Assembly (NCBI RefSeq): GCF_006345805.1
Contig: NC_043013.1
Coordinates: 18,600,001 to 18,664,000 of the forward strand
DNA length: 64,000 nt
Direction: 5' to 3'
From: Octopus sinensis
Taxonomy: Eukaryota
In this document: piece by piece, positions 1-11,400 of the stretch
How positions within the stretch are numbered: position 1 is the first letter of the stretch
Layout: every line of letters starts with the position of its first letter
Notes under the pieces: generated by a model
The model's database searches: none
What the model was told of the DNA's origin: nothing
What the model saw: the letters and a program-made list of their open reading frames with translations, nothing else
Translations under genes and position numbers: made by a program

Positions 1-223
1 TGTAGCTTTCGAATGATGCCAGTACGTTGGCAAGGTGATCAGGCCAATATATTTCTGAAACAGAACGCCAGTCCTCAACAAGGTTATCCATTTAAAGCTG
101 AATAGACTGAAGCGACGGGATTTGAAGTGTTTTGCTCAATAACACAACGTACGGCCGGTCTGGAAATCGAAAAGACTATTTTCCTATCTTCAGTGCAACA
201 TCCTAATCATTAGGCCATACGCC
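1..223 (-). mobile_element. tRNA-head SINE, partial
   Basis: Reverse complement reads GGCGTATGGCCTAATGATTAGG (A-box-like) ... TTTCGATTTCC (B-box-like) ... TTGAGCAAAACAC, a core shared with the copies at 15228 and 61594. Confidence 0.6.
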
Positions 224-334
224 TCTATTATCTTTCTATATATCCTCACTCTCTCCCCTCTCTCCCTCTGCCCTCTCTCCCTCTGCCCTCTATCTCCCTC
301 CATATCTATATGTGTGTGTATGAAGGTGCATGTC

Positions 335-645
335 ATAGTGATTAGGACGTTCTGCTCACGATCGTTAGGTCACGAGTTCAATTTCCGGCGACGCGTTGTT
401 TCCTTGAGCATGACACTTTATTTCATGTTGTTCCAGTTCACTCAGCTGGCAAAAATGAGTAATACCTGCATTTCAAAAGGCCAGTCTTGTCACACTCTTA
501 GTCACGATGAATCTCCTAGGGAACTACGTTAAGGGTACACGTGTCTGTGGAGTGCTTGACCATTTGCACGTTAATTTCACGAGCGGGCCGTTCTGTTGAC
601 CGTACCAGCTGGGACCTTCGTCGTCGTAAATGACGGAGTGCCGGT
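335..645 (+). mobile_element. tRNA-head SINE (same family as 18341-18720)
   Basis: GAGTTCAATTTCC B-box-like, TTGAGCATGACAC core, and 3' part GAACTACGTTAAGGGTACACGTGTCTGTGGAGTGCT...GACGGAGTGCC nearly identical to 18600-18720. Confidence 0.75.
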
Positions 646-939
646 CGATATTTTAGGTTGTCACATATGAAACGTCGTATTTGAAAGGTAACAATAAAAT
701 GTTTCAAAAGTGTTAGAGAACTGATTTATTTAATTAAAGTACGATACATATTCATTTATGACCTTTACCCAACGTTTCTCAGTCATAATTCCATCTTTAA
801 AAAGAAATTTCCTCTTTTGCTGTGATAAACTGTTCGAATGCTTCAATTATCTCTTCTCAATATATAATTATCTCTTCTCAATTATCTCTTCTCAATTATC
901 TCTTCTCATATAAAAAGCTCAAAATGCTAAAATAAGGGA

Positions 940-1530
940 CAATCAGTAGGAGGGATATTAGGGAAATGGGGAGGATGTTGCAAAAAGCTTAGGGACCATA
1001 GCTTTAGGAATGTGGAGACGTGCATTGTCGTGGATCAAAATTGGGCCATCTCTATTCACTTGCCTGGGTTGCTTCTTTTTCAAATTCTCATGCATACAAT
1101 CAAATTCCTGGCAATAGGATTTTGCTGTTACCCTCTTTCCTTGTTGCAAAGATGAATAATGAATAACACCCTTTACAGACCAACATACAATGACCACTAA
1201 CATTTTAGGGGGAAATGGTGGTTTTGGGTAGTGTTTAGGTGATTCTCCTGCATCTAATCACTCCAGCTGTTGTCAAAGAGTATCCATTTCTCATCACATC
1301 GAATGATTCGATGCAAAAATGGTTCTTTTTCCAGTCGAGAAAGTAATAAGGAACACACTTCGAGACGCCAGCATTTTTGAATCTCGCTCACTTGATATGA
1401 AACAAATCTATCCGTTTTCTTGACTTTTCCAATTTTGTTCAGGTGTCGAGAAACAGTTGTGCGCGGTGTTTAGAGTTTTGCTGAAAGTTTTCGGATCGTT
1501 GTTCTCGGATTTTGTTTTACCACAACTGAA
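940..1530 (-). mobile_element. Decayed mariner (DD34D-type) transposase
   Basis: Minus-strand translation gives FLHRIIRCDEKWILFDN and VCWSVKGVIHYSSLQQGKRVTAKSYCQEFDCMHENL...GPILIHDNARLH, hallmark mariner catalytic-domain motifs. Frameshifts and stops are present. Confidence 0.9.
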
Positions 1531-1581
1531 TAACTAATTTTGCATAGTGCGCTTATATACACACACACACACACACACACA

Positions 1582-1649
<68 letters not shown>

Positions 1650-1864
1650 CATGCAGATATTACCAACATATTTCTTACAGTTACTTCCTCAAAGACGCCA
1701 ACATCACCAACTTAATCCGAAGTTGAGTCTTGTGAACAGTAACAGACTTTGATACACCTAAAACTTTTTAATGCAAAGGTATCAAAAGAAATCGAAGGTA
1801 AATCGTCCACAAGCACGCTCACATACAAACACGCAAACACACACACACACATACACACCACACA

Positions 1865-1897
<33 letters not shown>

Positions 1898-2291
1898 ATA
1901 TTAAATGGTAGATCAAATTTCTTGCCTGTAACTTGTATAGCATAAGTAAAACATGGTAACACATGTTACAACAGTAACACATGGGGTTTAAAATTCGGTA
2001 GAAATTCATTGATGTAAACTTTGAGTATATCAATTAAATTCTACCAAAAGAAGTGTTGTAAATTTTAAACCCCATTTGTGTTTTTTTTATACCTACACCA
2101 CACCTGGAATCACATCTGAGTCGGATCTACGGATATGGTACTTACATATATACCTGTACTATACTACCAACACATGATATCTCATGCTTCTTTTAACTCA
2201 CTGTGTGCCTTATGTTATGGCACCTAGCCAATTCTGGTGTTCTACATGTTGATTCGAATGAATCCTGCAACTAAACTACCCCGCAACTAAG

Positions 2292-2369
<78 letters not shown>

Positions 2370-2370
2370 G

Positions 2371-2407
<37 letters not shown>

Positions 2408-2455
2408 GAGTGTGTGTGTGTATGTATATGTGTGTATATATATATATTATATGTG

Positions 2456-2489
<34 letters not shown>

Positions 2490-2531
2490 CACACACACAC
2501 AAACATATACTCAGACACACACATACAACAG

Positions 2532-2610
<79 letters not shown>

Positions 2611-3372
2611 GTACTGTTGTTGCTTTTCAGACGATTGATATATCTTGTACAAAACAGAGCAAATACATTAAAATCCTTGCAATAACAGATGGAAAAGAAA
2701 TGTACTTTAGTAATTGAATCTGTGAAATAAATATATAAATAGTTTGTTAGATCTATACAGAGTAATGATTAAATGAATGCGGTTTATTTATTCTGTGATT
2801 ATCAATGAGTGCTCTTGAACTTTCAATCACCGAGATACCACGTAGTCATGATATCACACTGAACAAATAATGCTGGCTTGAAGAACTGTTCAGAATATCA
2901 ATAAAGAAAAATAGCGAATTTAAAAAATTGATAATGATAAAATGACTAGAAGAAAATTTTAAAAAATAAATTTTTCAAAAAAGAAAATTTTTCAAAAAAA
3001 AAAAAATATATATATATATATATATTGAGTGTTTGCTGAGAATTCTTAAGTGATTTTTAAGCAGTTATTCTTTCTGTTTTTCTTAATTTAATTTTTTTTT
3101 TACCTTTAAATATATTGCTTGTAATATATGATAATGTCTTAGAATAAGAAATGCATTTGATAATTTCATGATTTTTAAAGTTTCACTGATTTCCTCGATT
3201 ATTTATAAATTCTGTTTCATGAAAAACCAGCGGGAAAATTGATGTAGGTTTACAAAGAATTTAATGCAAGCTGGCGACAGCTAATTTCAAGTTTTCCCCA
3301 TTACAACGACACTACGTTCGCTGCTGTTAATGAAAATCTAATGGTAATACACACACACACATTAAGTAACGA

Positions 3373-3458
<86 letters not shown>

Positions 3459-3491
3459 GTGTATATGTTATATATAATATGATATATAATA

Positions 3492-3715
3492 AAGTTTAAC
3501 AATTAAGGATAATCTCTTAATAAGGGATCTTTGTCCCTCTTAGTGTGAGGCATTTATGTGTAATAATGCCCTCTATACAATATAGATATAATTAATTTGT
3601 TCAAAAGAAAAAAATTATTTTCGAATTCTTTTCTTTTATGAGGTTTTCACGCTAACTACCCGATAATTTCTTGTTAAGATCCCTTATTAAGAGATTATCC
3701 TTAATTGTTAAACTT
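3492..3715. repeat. Perfect 40-bp inverted repeat around a 144-bp spacer
   Basis: 3492-3531 AAGTTTAACAATTAAGGATAATCTCTTAATAAGGGATCTT is the exact reverse complement of 3676-3715. Confidence 0.9.
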
Positions 3716-4069
3716 ATTCCGAAATACTTTTCATTACCCGACATGCAGTTCGTAAAAAGCCCGCCATTTACCGAATTATGATTTATAAACATTCCATGTG
3801 CTTGGCCGAGTGGGCAGTTGTCTGTTCGTCTTCGCTACGTAAGGTGGTAGTTTATTTATGATGTGTTCAGAATCTTTCTGCTGATGATCATAAGACGTAA
3901 GTTGAATGTGAAATCACGGTGATACAGAACTAAATTCATTTTTTTAAATGTCTTGCTTTGAAAAACTGCATTTAGGTATGAGAAGTATAATTTTGGTAGT
4001 AATGACTTTGTCCCTCTTAGTGTGAGGCATTTATGTGTAATAATGCCCTCTATACAATAGATATAATTA

Positions 4070-4117
<48 letters not shown>

Positions 4118-4199
4118 TATATATGTATATATATGTGTGTGTATATGTGTATATATATATGTATATAATATATATATATATAATATATATATATATATT

Positions 4200-4237
<38 letters not shown>

Positions 4238-4461
4238 AGTTATAGATAAAATATAAGAGTTCCAAAGTCGATAAAAAGTAACATCATGGTAATGTTTCAT
4301 TAATTTGTAAAACGTGAAGCAAAATATCATTTAATTTATTTAGCTGAAAGAAATGTAGATAACTAGGTAACTGCCTTTTTAATATATGCACACACACACA
4401 CACACACACCACACACATACACACACCACACACACACGCACACATACACACACGCACACAT

Positions 4462-4585
4462 AGGTATACGAGTGGCCTCTTTCAGTTCCCGACTACCAAA
4501 TCCACTCACAAGGCGTTGGTCTGCCCGAAGCTGAACCCGGAACCATGTGGTTGGGAAGCAAACTTCCTACCAAACAGCCATATCT
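4462..4585 (-). mobile_element. SINE fragment (family also at 23505, 25445, 53800)
   Basis: Reverse complement GGCTGTTTGGTAGGAAGTTTGCTTCCCAACCACATGGTTCCGGGTTCAG...CCTTGTGAGTGGATTTGGTAG; similar to 53820-53950. Confidence 0.7.
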
Positions 4586-4807
4586 GCACCTATGTATATA
4601 TTATAAACGCACACGTATATACGCTTATATTTATATATGCACACGCGCACGCGAACACACACTCACACACAAATGCGCGCGCATATATATTTCGAATTCG
4701 ATGCAGCTCTAATAACAAACGTTATCGGTCACATAGCGTAAACAGTGTTGAACACACGCGCTCGCACACAAGCATATACTCACTCACGCTCTGTCTGTCT
4801 GTCTGTA

Positions 4808-4847
<40 letters not shown>

Positions 4848-4955
4848 ACACACACACACAAACACATGGTAAATGAACATACTTTTTTCCTTAGGGTGCT
4901 AAGTGTCTAAGCAGTGATGAGATGGGCTATGAGAAATGTCCGATCAAAATAAATG

Positions 4956-5080
4956 AACATCTGGACGGGGGATCACTCGGCTCGTCCGTCGATGAAGAGC
5001 GCGGCTATGCGCGTGAACTGATGCGAATTGCAGGACTGAGTGAACATAGACACCTCGAACGCACATTGCGGCCCCGTCCG
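4956..5080 (+). pseudogene. Isolated, 3'-truncated 5.8S rRNA copy
   Basis: GGATCACTCGGCTCGTCCGTCGATGAAGAGCGCGGCTA...GAATTGCAGGAC...TGAACATAGACACCTCGAACGCACATTGCGGCCCCG matches the conserved eukaryotic 5.8S blocks. No 18S or 28S is nearby, and the last ~35 nt of 5.8S are missing. Confidence 0.93.
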
Positions 5081-5147
5081 GTCATTCTAATCGGCGGTGC
5101 ATCAGCATGGCCGCAGCTCTGAGCTGAAACTAGAGAGAGAAAAAAAA
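5081..5147 (+). mobile_element. SINE/LINE-type 3' tail fused to the 5.8S copy
   Basis: GGCGGTGCATCAGCATGGCCGCAG...CTGAAAC matches the SINE tail at about 31857-31900 (GGCGGTGCTCAAGCATGCCCGCAGTCAAATGACTGAAAC). It ends in a GA/A-rich tail. Confidence 0.75.
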
Positions 5148-5185
5148 TGAAGAATAGCAGCTAAATGAAAAGGAAATAAGTACAT

Positions 5186-5630
5186 ACTAGCAGTGTAGCC
5201 CGGCGCTGCTCGGGTTTGTTTTCTAGTTGCGCTTAAAACGACAGACTTTGATGTCGCGTTAACAAAGTTTTGACATAGTTTCAATCTTTTTTGAAAAGTA
5301 AACATTTTGCATTATGTAGCTTGTTATTCTCTTTAAGTGAACATTTTTCTGGTTGAAATACACCGAAAAATGGCGACACGGCAATCAAAAAATCATAAAA
5401 AGATAGGGATTTTCATAGAAAAAAAACACCTTTTTGATGTAAATAATTTTTAGTCTTAACATGGTCCGATTTGAATTTGTTTTCTACGGAATGAAGAGCA
5501 AGCCTTCTTCTATCATACTCTCAATTTTGGTCAACTTGCGCCGCAGAGTCTCGAAGGAGATAGTGTTAGTTGAAGGTTACCAAACCTGCCACACACACAC
5601 ACAGACAACTTCAGCTTTATATATATAGAT
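5186..5630 (+). mobile_element. Non-autonomous Helentron/DINE-like element
   Basis: Starts ACTAGC...CCCGGCGCTGCTCGGG (short hairpin) and ends (CA)n-CAGACAACTTCAGCTTTATATATATAGAT, the typical DINE-1/HINE terminal architecture. Confidence 0.6.
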
Positions 5631-6475
5631 TTAGTTCACAGTAACTATGAAATACATTTAGACACATTTAAAGCTTGTCTACAAAGAAAGCAAAAAAAAA
5701 AAAAAAAAGATGATCGACAAAAGACAGCGATGTTGTATCAGGGAGCAGTCACAAGTAAAACTTTTCAAAGACATTTTTAAATACAAACAAGGTAGATGAT
5801 TATGATGATCATGAAAGTGATAGTGAGGTTGATGATACTGAGTGTGGCAATAACGTCTACCAATCATCATCTCTTTTCTTCTTTCTCTATGGTTTCTCTT
5901 TCTCTCTATCGCTCTATCTCGCAATTTTTTTTTTTACTTCTATTGCTATCTCTCCTCACACATCTGCATAATTATCTCGAAGCTATGTTCTCAGCAAAAG
6001 GGCCTTCCCACGTTAGATTGTACGTGAATGTATATCCTTATTCACGCAAATGATTTTTTCAACGCAGCTTTCTGCCTCTCTAGTTAATTAATTTCAGTAT
6101 GTAGAACCTGTACATACACCAGCAAATGTAATATTTGCTGTCCTTATATGTTCAAAACAACCTTACTTATAGGACTGAAAATCTGATTAAATATTTGCTG
6201 ATAATGAAGTGTAACGACGCCAAACGCATGCATCCTGTGATCCTTGACGTCATTCACAGCAAAATATGTATTCGCACATATTCTCTATGAGGGGTATATT
6301 CTCCCGAGAATATTTGCGCAGCGAAGATCTTCCTTCCCACGTCCGAGTATACTCAGTCATATTAAATATGATTGCACCAAAACCTATTTCCATTAATGGC
6401 GGCCGTGTCATCCCCATATATATTATATGATATATATACATATATATGATATATATATATATATATATATATATA

Positions 6476-6547
<72 letters not shown>

Positions 6548-6775
6548 CACACCGGAATCATACCGCGTTGCGTGGAAATTTTCATAAAATGTTCGAAAAG
6601 CAGAACAAATGTAAATCTGACACCAAACCTATCTGTGTTAACCACCCACCAAGAATTTTATCCTGACAAATAAATTCATTACTTTTGAAATCATAAAATT
6701 CTGAAACGGATAAGTGTAAATATATTTTCTTAACATGCCTTTTTAAAATTTTCTGGATATATAATTTATAGTGTT

Positions 6776-6829
<54 letters not shown>

Positions 6830-6897
6830 TATATATATATATGTACTGGTAGAGGGAAGCGAGAGAGAGAGAGAGAGAGATTGAGGGAGTAGACCAA

Positions 6898-7241
6898 GTG
6901 AAATCCAGGCTACATACGTTTCCTATCTACGAAATCCTCGTACGTAATAATTACTCAAAGAAGTGTACTCCGCTAGCTACTCATCAGGCCGAAAATTCCT
7001 TAACTATATGAAGATTACATTGTCGTCAAGGAATCCCAAGTGAATTCGCCGGAGCTATATTTGAAATCATATACTCACGTATTTCAAAATAGGCGAGTTA
7101 ACTTGGGTTCCTTGGCGACCATGTAACCTTCATATAATTAAGGCATCTCCAGTCAGGTGAGTAGCTAGCCGAGTACACCTCGTTGGGTAATTATTACTTC
7201 CGTGTATCTCCTAGCAAGGAAACGTGTAGCCTGGATTTTAC
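6898..7241. mobile_element. Fold-back MITE-like element (whole-length imperfect palindrome)
   Basis: Left AAATCCAGGCTACATACGTTTCC pairs with right GGAAACGTGTAGCCTGGATTT. Complementarity continues inward (about 80 percent by eye) to a loop near 7070-7080. No clear TSD. Confidence 0.8.
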
Positions 7242-7464
7242 CTGTTATACTCCCTCAATTTGGATTTTTATTCGCTTTCATAGTAACTCTAGTTGCTAAT
7301 CGTGAACTATATATAAAAAAAATAATTTTTCAGCTTATCGAGGTTATATATGGGGAACATTCGATATCATTAAATTATTGATGTTCCTGAAATTTGCTTT
7401 TTATACCTACCACTAACAGCTCGAAGTTTGCAAGCTTCCAACACTTAGATACTTGGATGTTATA

Positions 7465-7513
<49 letters not shown>

Positions 7514-7634
7514 ACACACGCACACACACACACACACAGCACACACACACATACACACAGCACACACACATGCACATATGTATGTGTGCATGTGTATACA
7601 TACATGTGTTAAATATACATACATGCATACATAG

Positions 7635-7856
7635 ATGGCAGAAACGTTAGCGCGCCGGGCGAAATGCTTAGCGGTATTTCGTCTGTCGTTACGTTCTGAG
7701 TTCAAATTCCACCGAAGTCACTCTGCCTTTCATCCTTTCGGGGTCGATAAATCAAGTACCAGTTTCGCACTGGGTCGATGTAATCGACCTTAATCCGATT
7801 GTCTGTCCTTGTTTTTCCCCTCTATGTTTAGCCCCTTGTGGGCAGTAAAGAAATAT
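7635..7856 (+). mobile_element. tRNA-head SINE with conserved central domain GCCTTTCATCCTTTCGGGGTCGATAAA
   Basis: GGCAGAAACGTTAGCGCGCCGGG head, GAGTTCAAATTCC B-box, central domain and tail CCCCTTGTGGGCAGTAAAGAAATA. About 10 copies in the window. Confidence 0.85.
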
Positions 7857-8279
7857 ATACATACATAGATAGATACACACACACACATGCATATATACAC
7901 AAATTCATATATTATATGCAAAAAATGCCTCAATTTGTGTTTGATGAGGATTCTGAAGGCTTATTTGGAAATGCGCTTTTTTCAACTGAACACGTATCAT
8001 ATCTTCACTTAGTGTTTCTCCGCGAATTTTCGATAATATTGTACTTGATTTTCCAGTCAAGTACAATATAACCGCCCCCCCTTTCCTGAAAGTAATTTTA
8101 AGAACCGTCGTTTAAACTTCCCGTCAGTCTTATCTCTATAGTATTTGCATACGAATTAAAAGTTTGTTGCTCTTTATCACCATCAATACCATCACCACCA
8201 AAGCCGCCAGCATCAATAGCATCAATAGCATCACCACCACCACACCCACAATGCCACCACTCTATCACTTGTTCCAGTA

Positions 8280-8900
8280 TTAATGTTTCTTCTTCCTTCT
8301 CATAATCTTCAACATCGCTATCACCACTTGCCTACTCCTCCACATCGCCAACAATGCCATTGTGACCATCAAACCCATCGCCACCACAACCAGCATTATT
8401 TTCCTCTCCTTCTTCCTCTTCTCTTTCTCCACTCCTCCACCTCCAACTCCACCTTTTTTCTTCTTCTTTCTCTTCATCCTGTTTTTCTTCTTCTTCCTCC
8501 GCCCCTCGACCTCCATCCATCCATCCTCCTCCCCTCCTCCCTCCCCCTTTCTTCTTCTTTCTCTTCTTCCTCTTTTCCTTCTTCTTCTTCTTCTTCCTCC
8601 ACCCCTCGACCTCCATCCATCTTCCTCCACTTCCTCCACTTCCTCCCTCCCTTATTCTTTTTCTTCTTCATCTTTCTCTTGTTGTTGTTGTTATTGTTGT
8701 TCTTCTTCTGCCACCCTCGACCTCCATCCATCCATCCTCCTCCCTTCCCTCCCCTTATTCTTCTTCTTCCTCCACCCCTTCTCTTCTTCTTCTTCTTCTT
8801 CTTCTTCTTCTTCTTCTTCTTCTTCTCCCTCCTCCTTCTCCTGCTCCTCCTCCTGCTCTCCCTGCTCATTGTGACGATTTTCCTCATCATGATCAACCAT
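8280..8900. repeat. Polypyrimidine/polypurine tract with ~100-bp higher-order unit
   Basis: CCCTCGACCTCCATCCATC recurs at about 8502, 8602 and 8714 in a CT-rich matrix. Confidence 0.8.
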
Positions 8901-9062
8901 CAAAGGCAAAAGAACAGAAAAATATTGAAATTGAAAAAAAAAAATTCATCTTTGTTGGTTCCAATCTTTGTCTATTTCCACACAGATACAATATTATTAT
9001 TCATAGATTGGTTTAGTTTCCGTCTATTGCTGTTGAGGTTATTATTATTATTATTATTATTA

Positions 9063-9117
<55 letters not shown>

Positions 9118-9133
9118 TATTATTATTATTATA

Positions 9134-9164
<31 letters not shown>

Positions 9165-9166
9165 TA

Positions 9167-9201
<35 letters not shown>

Positions 9202-9340
9202 ATTCTTCTTCTTCTTCTTCTTATTATTATTGATGTTGTTGTTGTTGTTGTTGTTGTTATTATTATTAAGAAATCATCATCATTATTATTATCATCATCA
9301 TCATCTTCATTTTTATCGTCATCATCTTTGTTAATACATT

Positions 9341-9441
9341 CTAAATTCTTCGTTCAAGTGAATAAATATTTAACTGGAACCATTTTTGAAGCTCTCCGCA
9401 AATACTAACACACTTTAACGAGTTCTCTCCATTAGTTCTGT
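9341..9441 (-). CDS. Candidate coding exon, paralog 1 of 3: (x)RTNGENSLKCVSICGELQKWFQLNIYSLERRI*
   Basis: Acceptor TTTTTCGTAG, phase 1, only open frame, ends TAG. Differences from the paralogs in the 27-codon core are all synonymous. Confidence 0.5.
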
Positions 9442-9821
9442 CTACGAAAAAGCGAGAATTTCGCATTCAAATAAATGAATAAAATAAGATAAAAATAAAG
9501 ATAATGTATAATAAAAAAAAACAAAAAAACCCTACATTCTTCAGGACAAGACCCACACTCAGAGACACACAGCATGTTTCCACAGTTAAAGTTCCAGTTC
9601 TTTATAACGTCTCTCTTTCTGTTCCACCTCTCTCTCTCTCTCGAAGTTTTATTCTGTTGTCATTCTCTGAATATTTGTGTGTGTATCAATATGTCATATA
9701 CGCACTCGCACGCGTACATACACACGCATACATACACACACACAACATACGCATACATACATTCATATACACGTGTATGTATGTGTGTATGTGTGTGTAC
9801 GCGCGCGCATACATGAAGGTG

Positions 9822-9950
9822 TGCGGTCGAGTGGTCCAGTGACTAGGATGTTGCAATCGTGATCGTAAGCTCCTGATTTCGATTCACGGGCCGGGCGGTG
9901 CGTTATGCTCTTCAGCAAAGCACTTCATTTCTCGTTAGTGTGCATCTACC
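9822..9950 (+). mobile_element. tRNA-head SINE fragment
   Basis: GTGGTCCAGTGACTAGGATG...TTTCGATTCACGGGCCGGGCGGTGCGTT...AGCAAAGCACTTCATTTC. Confidence 0.65.
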
Positions 9951-10237
9951 TGTAACAGGTGTCACTCGAAGAGGCAACGAGCTAGTCTGGTGCACAGACT
10001 AGTAGTATTTGTGATAATCATTTTTGGACTTAACAAAAATAAAATAACTTTAAACATTTTCTTTCATATATTTTTTTTACATCCAAACATTAGGAACGTC
10101 TCCCAAGAGAGACGTAGGGGAGGGCACGGGCCCTTTCAGGTTGTAGACATAGTACAATGAGATTTCTTTCTTTGAGTTCTTTCTGAATACTATCAAACAT
10201 AAGCAGACCAGCGGAGTGAAAGGAAGTTGGACCACAA

Positions 10238-10394
<157 letters not shown>

Positions 10395-10724
10395 GTCTGT
10401 CTATGTATCTATCTATTACACTTTACATCATGAGATTTCTGTGATACACGATCCCTATTGATCGTTTTTTTTCCTTTTTTCTTTCCTTCTTTTTCTATTT
10501 TTCTTTTTCTTTTTTTTCCTTCCCTTTTAACGATCCCTTTTGATCGAAAACCTAACCCACATTTTATTTTCTCCCCACAAAAAGAAGCTCTACTTTGTAA
10601 TCTGTCCCGTCTGTGTGCAGCCCTGCGTGGCTAATAAAGAAACATATCTATCTATATATCTATAGATATGCATGTATATGTATATATTTACAAAACTCCT
10701 GATGCTAATCACAATATGGTTTCA

Positions 10725-11400
10725 AATTTTGGCACGAAGCCAGCAAGTTCGTGGTAAGGGTTAAGTCGATTACATCGATCCCCAACTGGTACTTATTTTA
10801 TCGACTTACAGAGGATAAAAAGGCAAAGTCGACTTCGGCGGAATTTTGACTCAGAACGTAAAGGCGGACGAAATGCCCCTAAGCATTTTGTCCGGTTTCC
10901 TAACGATTCTGTCAACTCACGTCTTAATTTTGGTCACAATATAAAAGTTAAATTATTGTGATACTTATATATAGTTTAAAGATAAGGCGGCGAGCTGGCA
11001 GACACGCTAGCGCGCCTGGCGAAATTCTGAGCAGTATTTCGTCAGTCGTTACGTTCTGAGTTCAAATTCCGCCGAAGTCGACTTTGCTTTTCATCCTTTC
11101 GGGGTCGATTAAATAAGTACCAGTTACGCACTGGAGTCGATATAATCGACTTAATCCGTTTGTCTGTCCTTGTTTGTCCTCTCCGTGTCTAGACCCTTGT
11201 GGGTAGTAAGGAAATAGGTATTTCGTCTGTCGTTACGTTCTGAGTTCAAATTCCGCCGAGGTCGACTTTGCCTTTCATCCTTTCGGGGTCGATAAATTAA
11301 GTACCAATTTTACACTGGGGTCGATGTAATCGACTTAATCCGTTTGTCTGTCCTTGTTTGTCCTCTCCGTGTTTAGACCCTTGTGGGCAATAAAGAAATA
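10725..11400. mobile_element. SINE cluster: one minus copy (10725-10925) head-to-head with a plus-strand tandem dimer (10982-11215, 11216-11400)
   Basis: Same family as 7635-7856. The second plus copy is 5'-truncated and directly appended. Confidence 0.85.

Noticed and set aside
4956-5125. Functional rDNA locus
   Set aside because: No 18S, ITS or 28S context, and the 3' end of 5.8S is replaced by a SINE tail.
6171-6290. Ankyrin-like TENLIKYLLIMKCN exon
   Set aside because: Lacks the GAD turn, the next repeat and a suitable donor; probably chance.
8283-9200. 305-aa Pro/Leu/Phe-rich ORF
   Set aside because: Derived from a CT-rich tract and an (ATT)n array.
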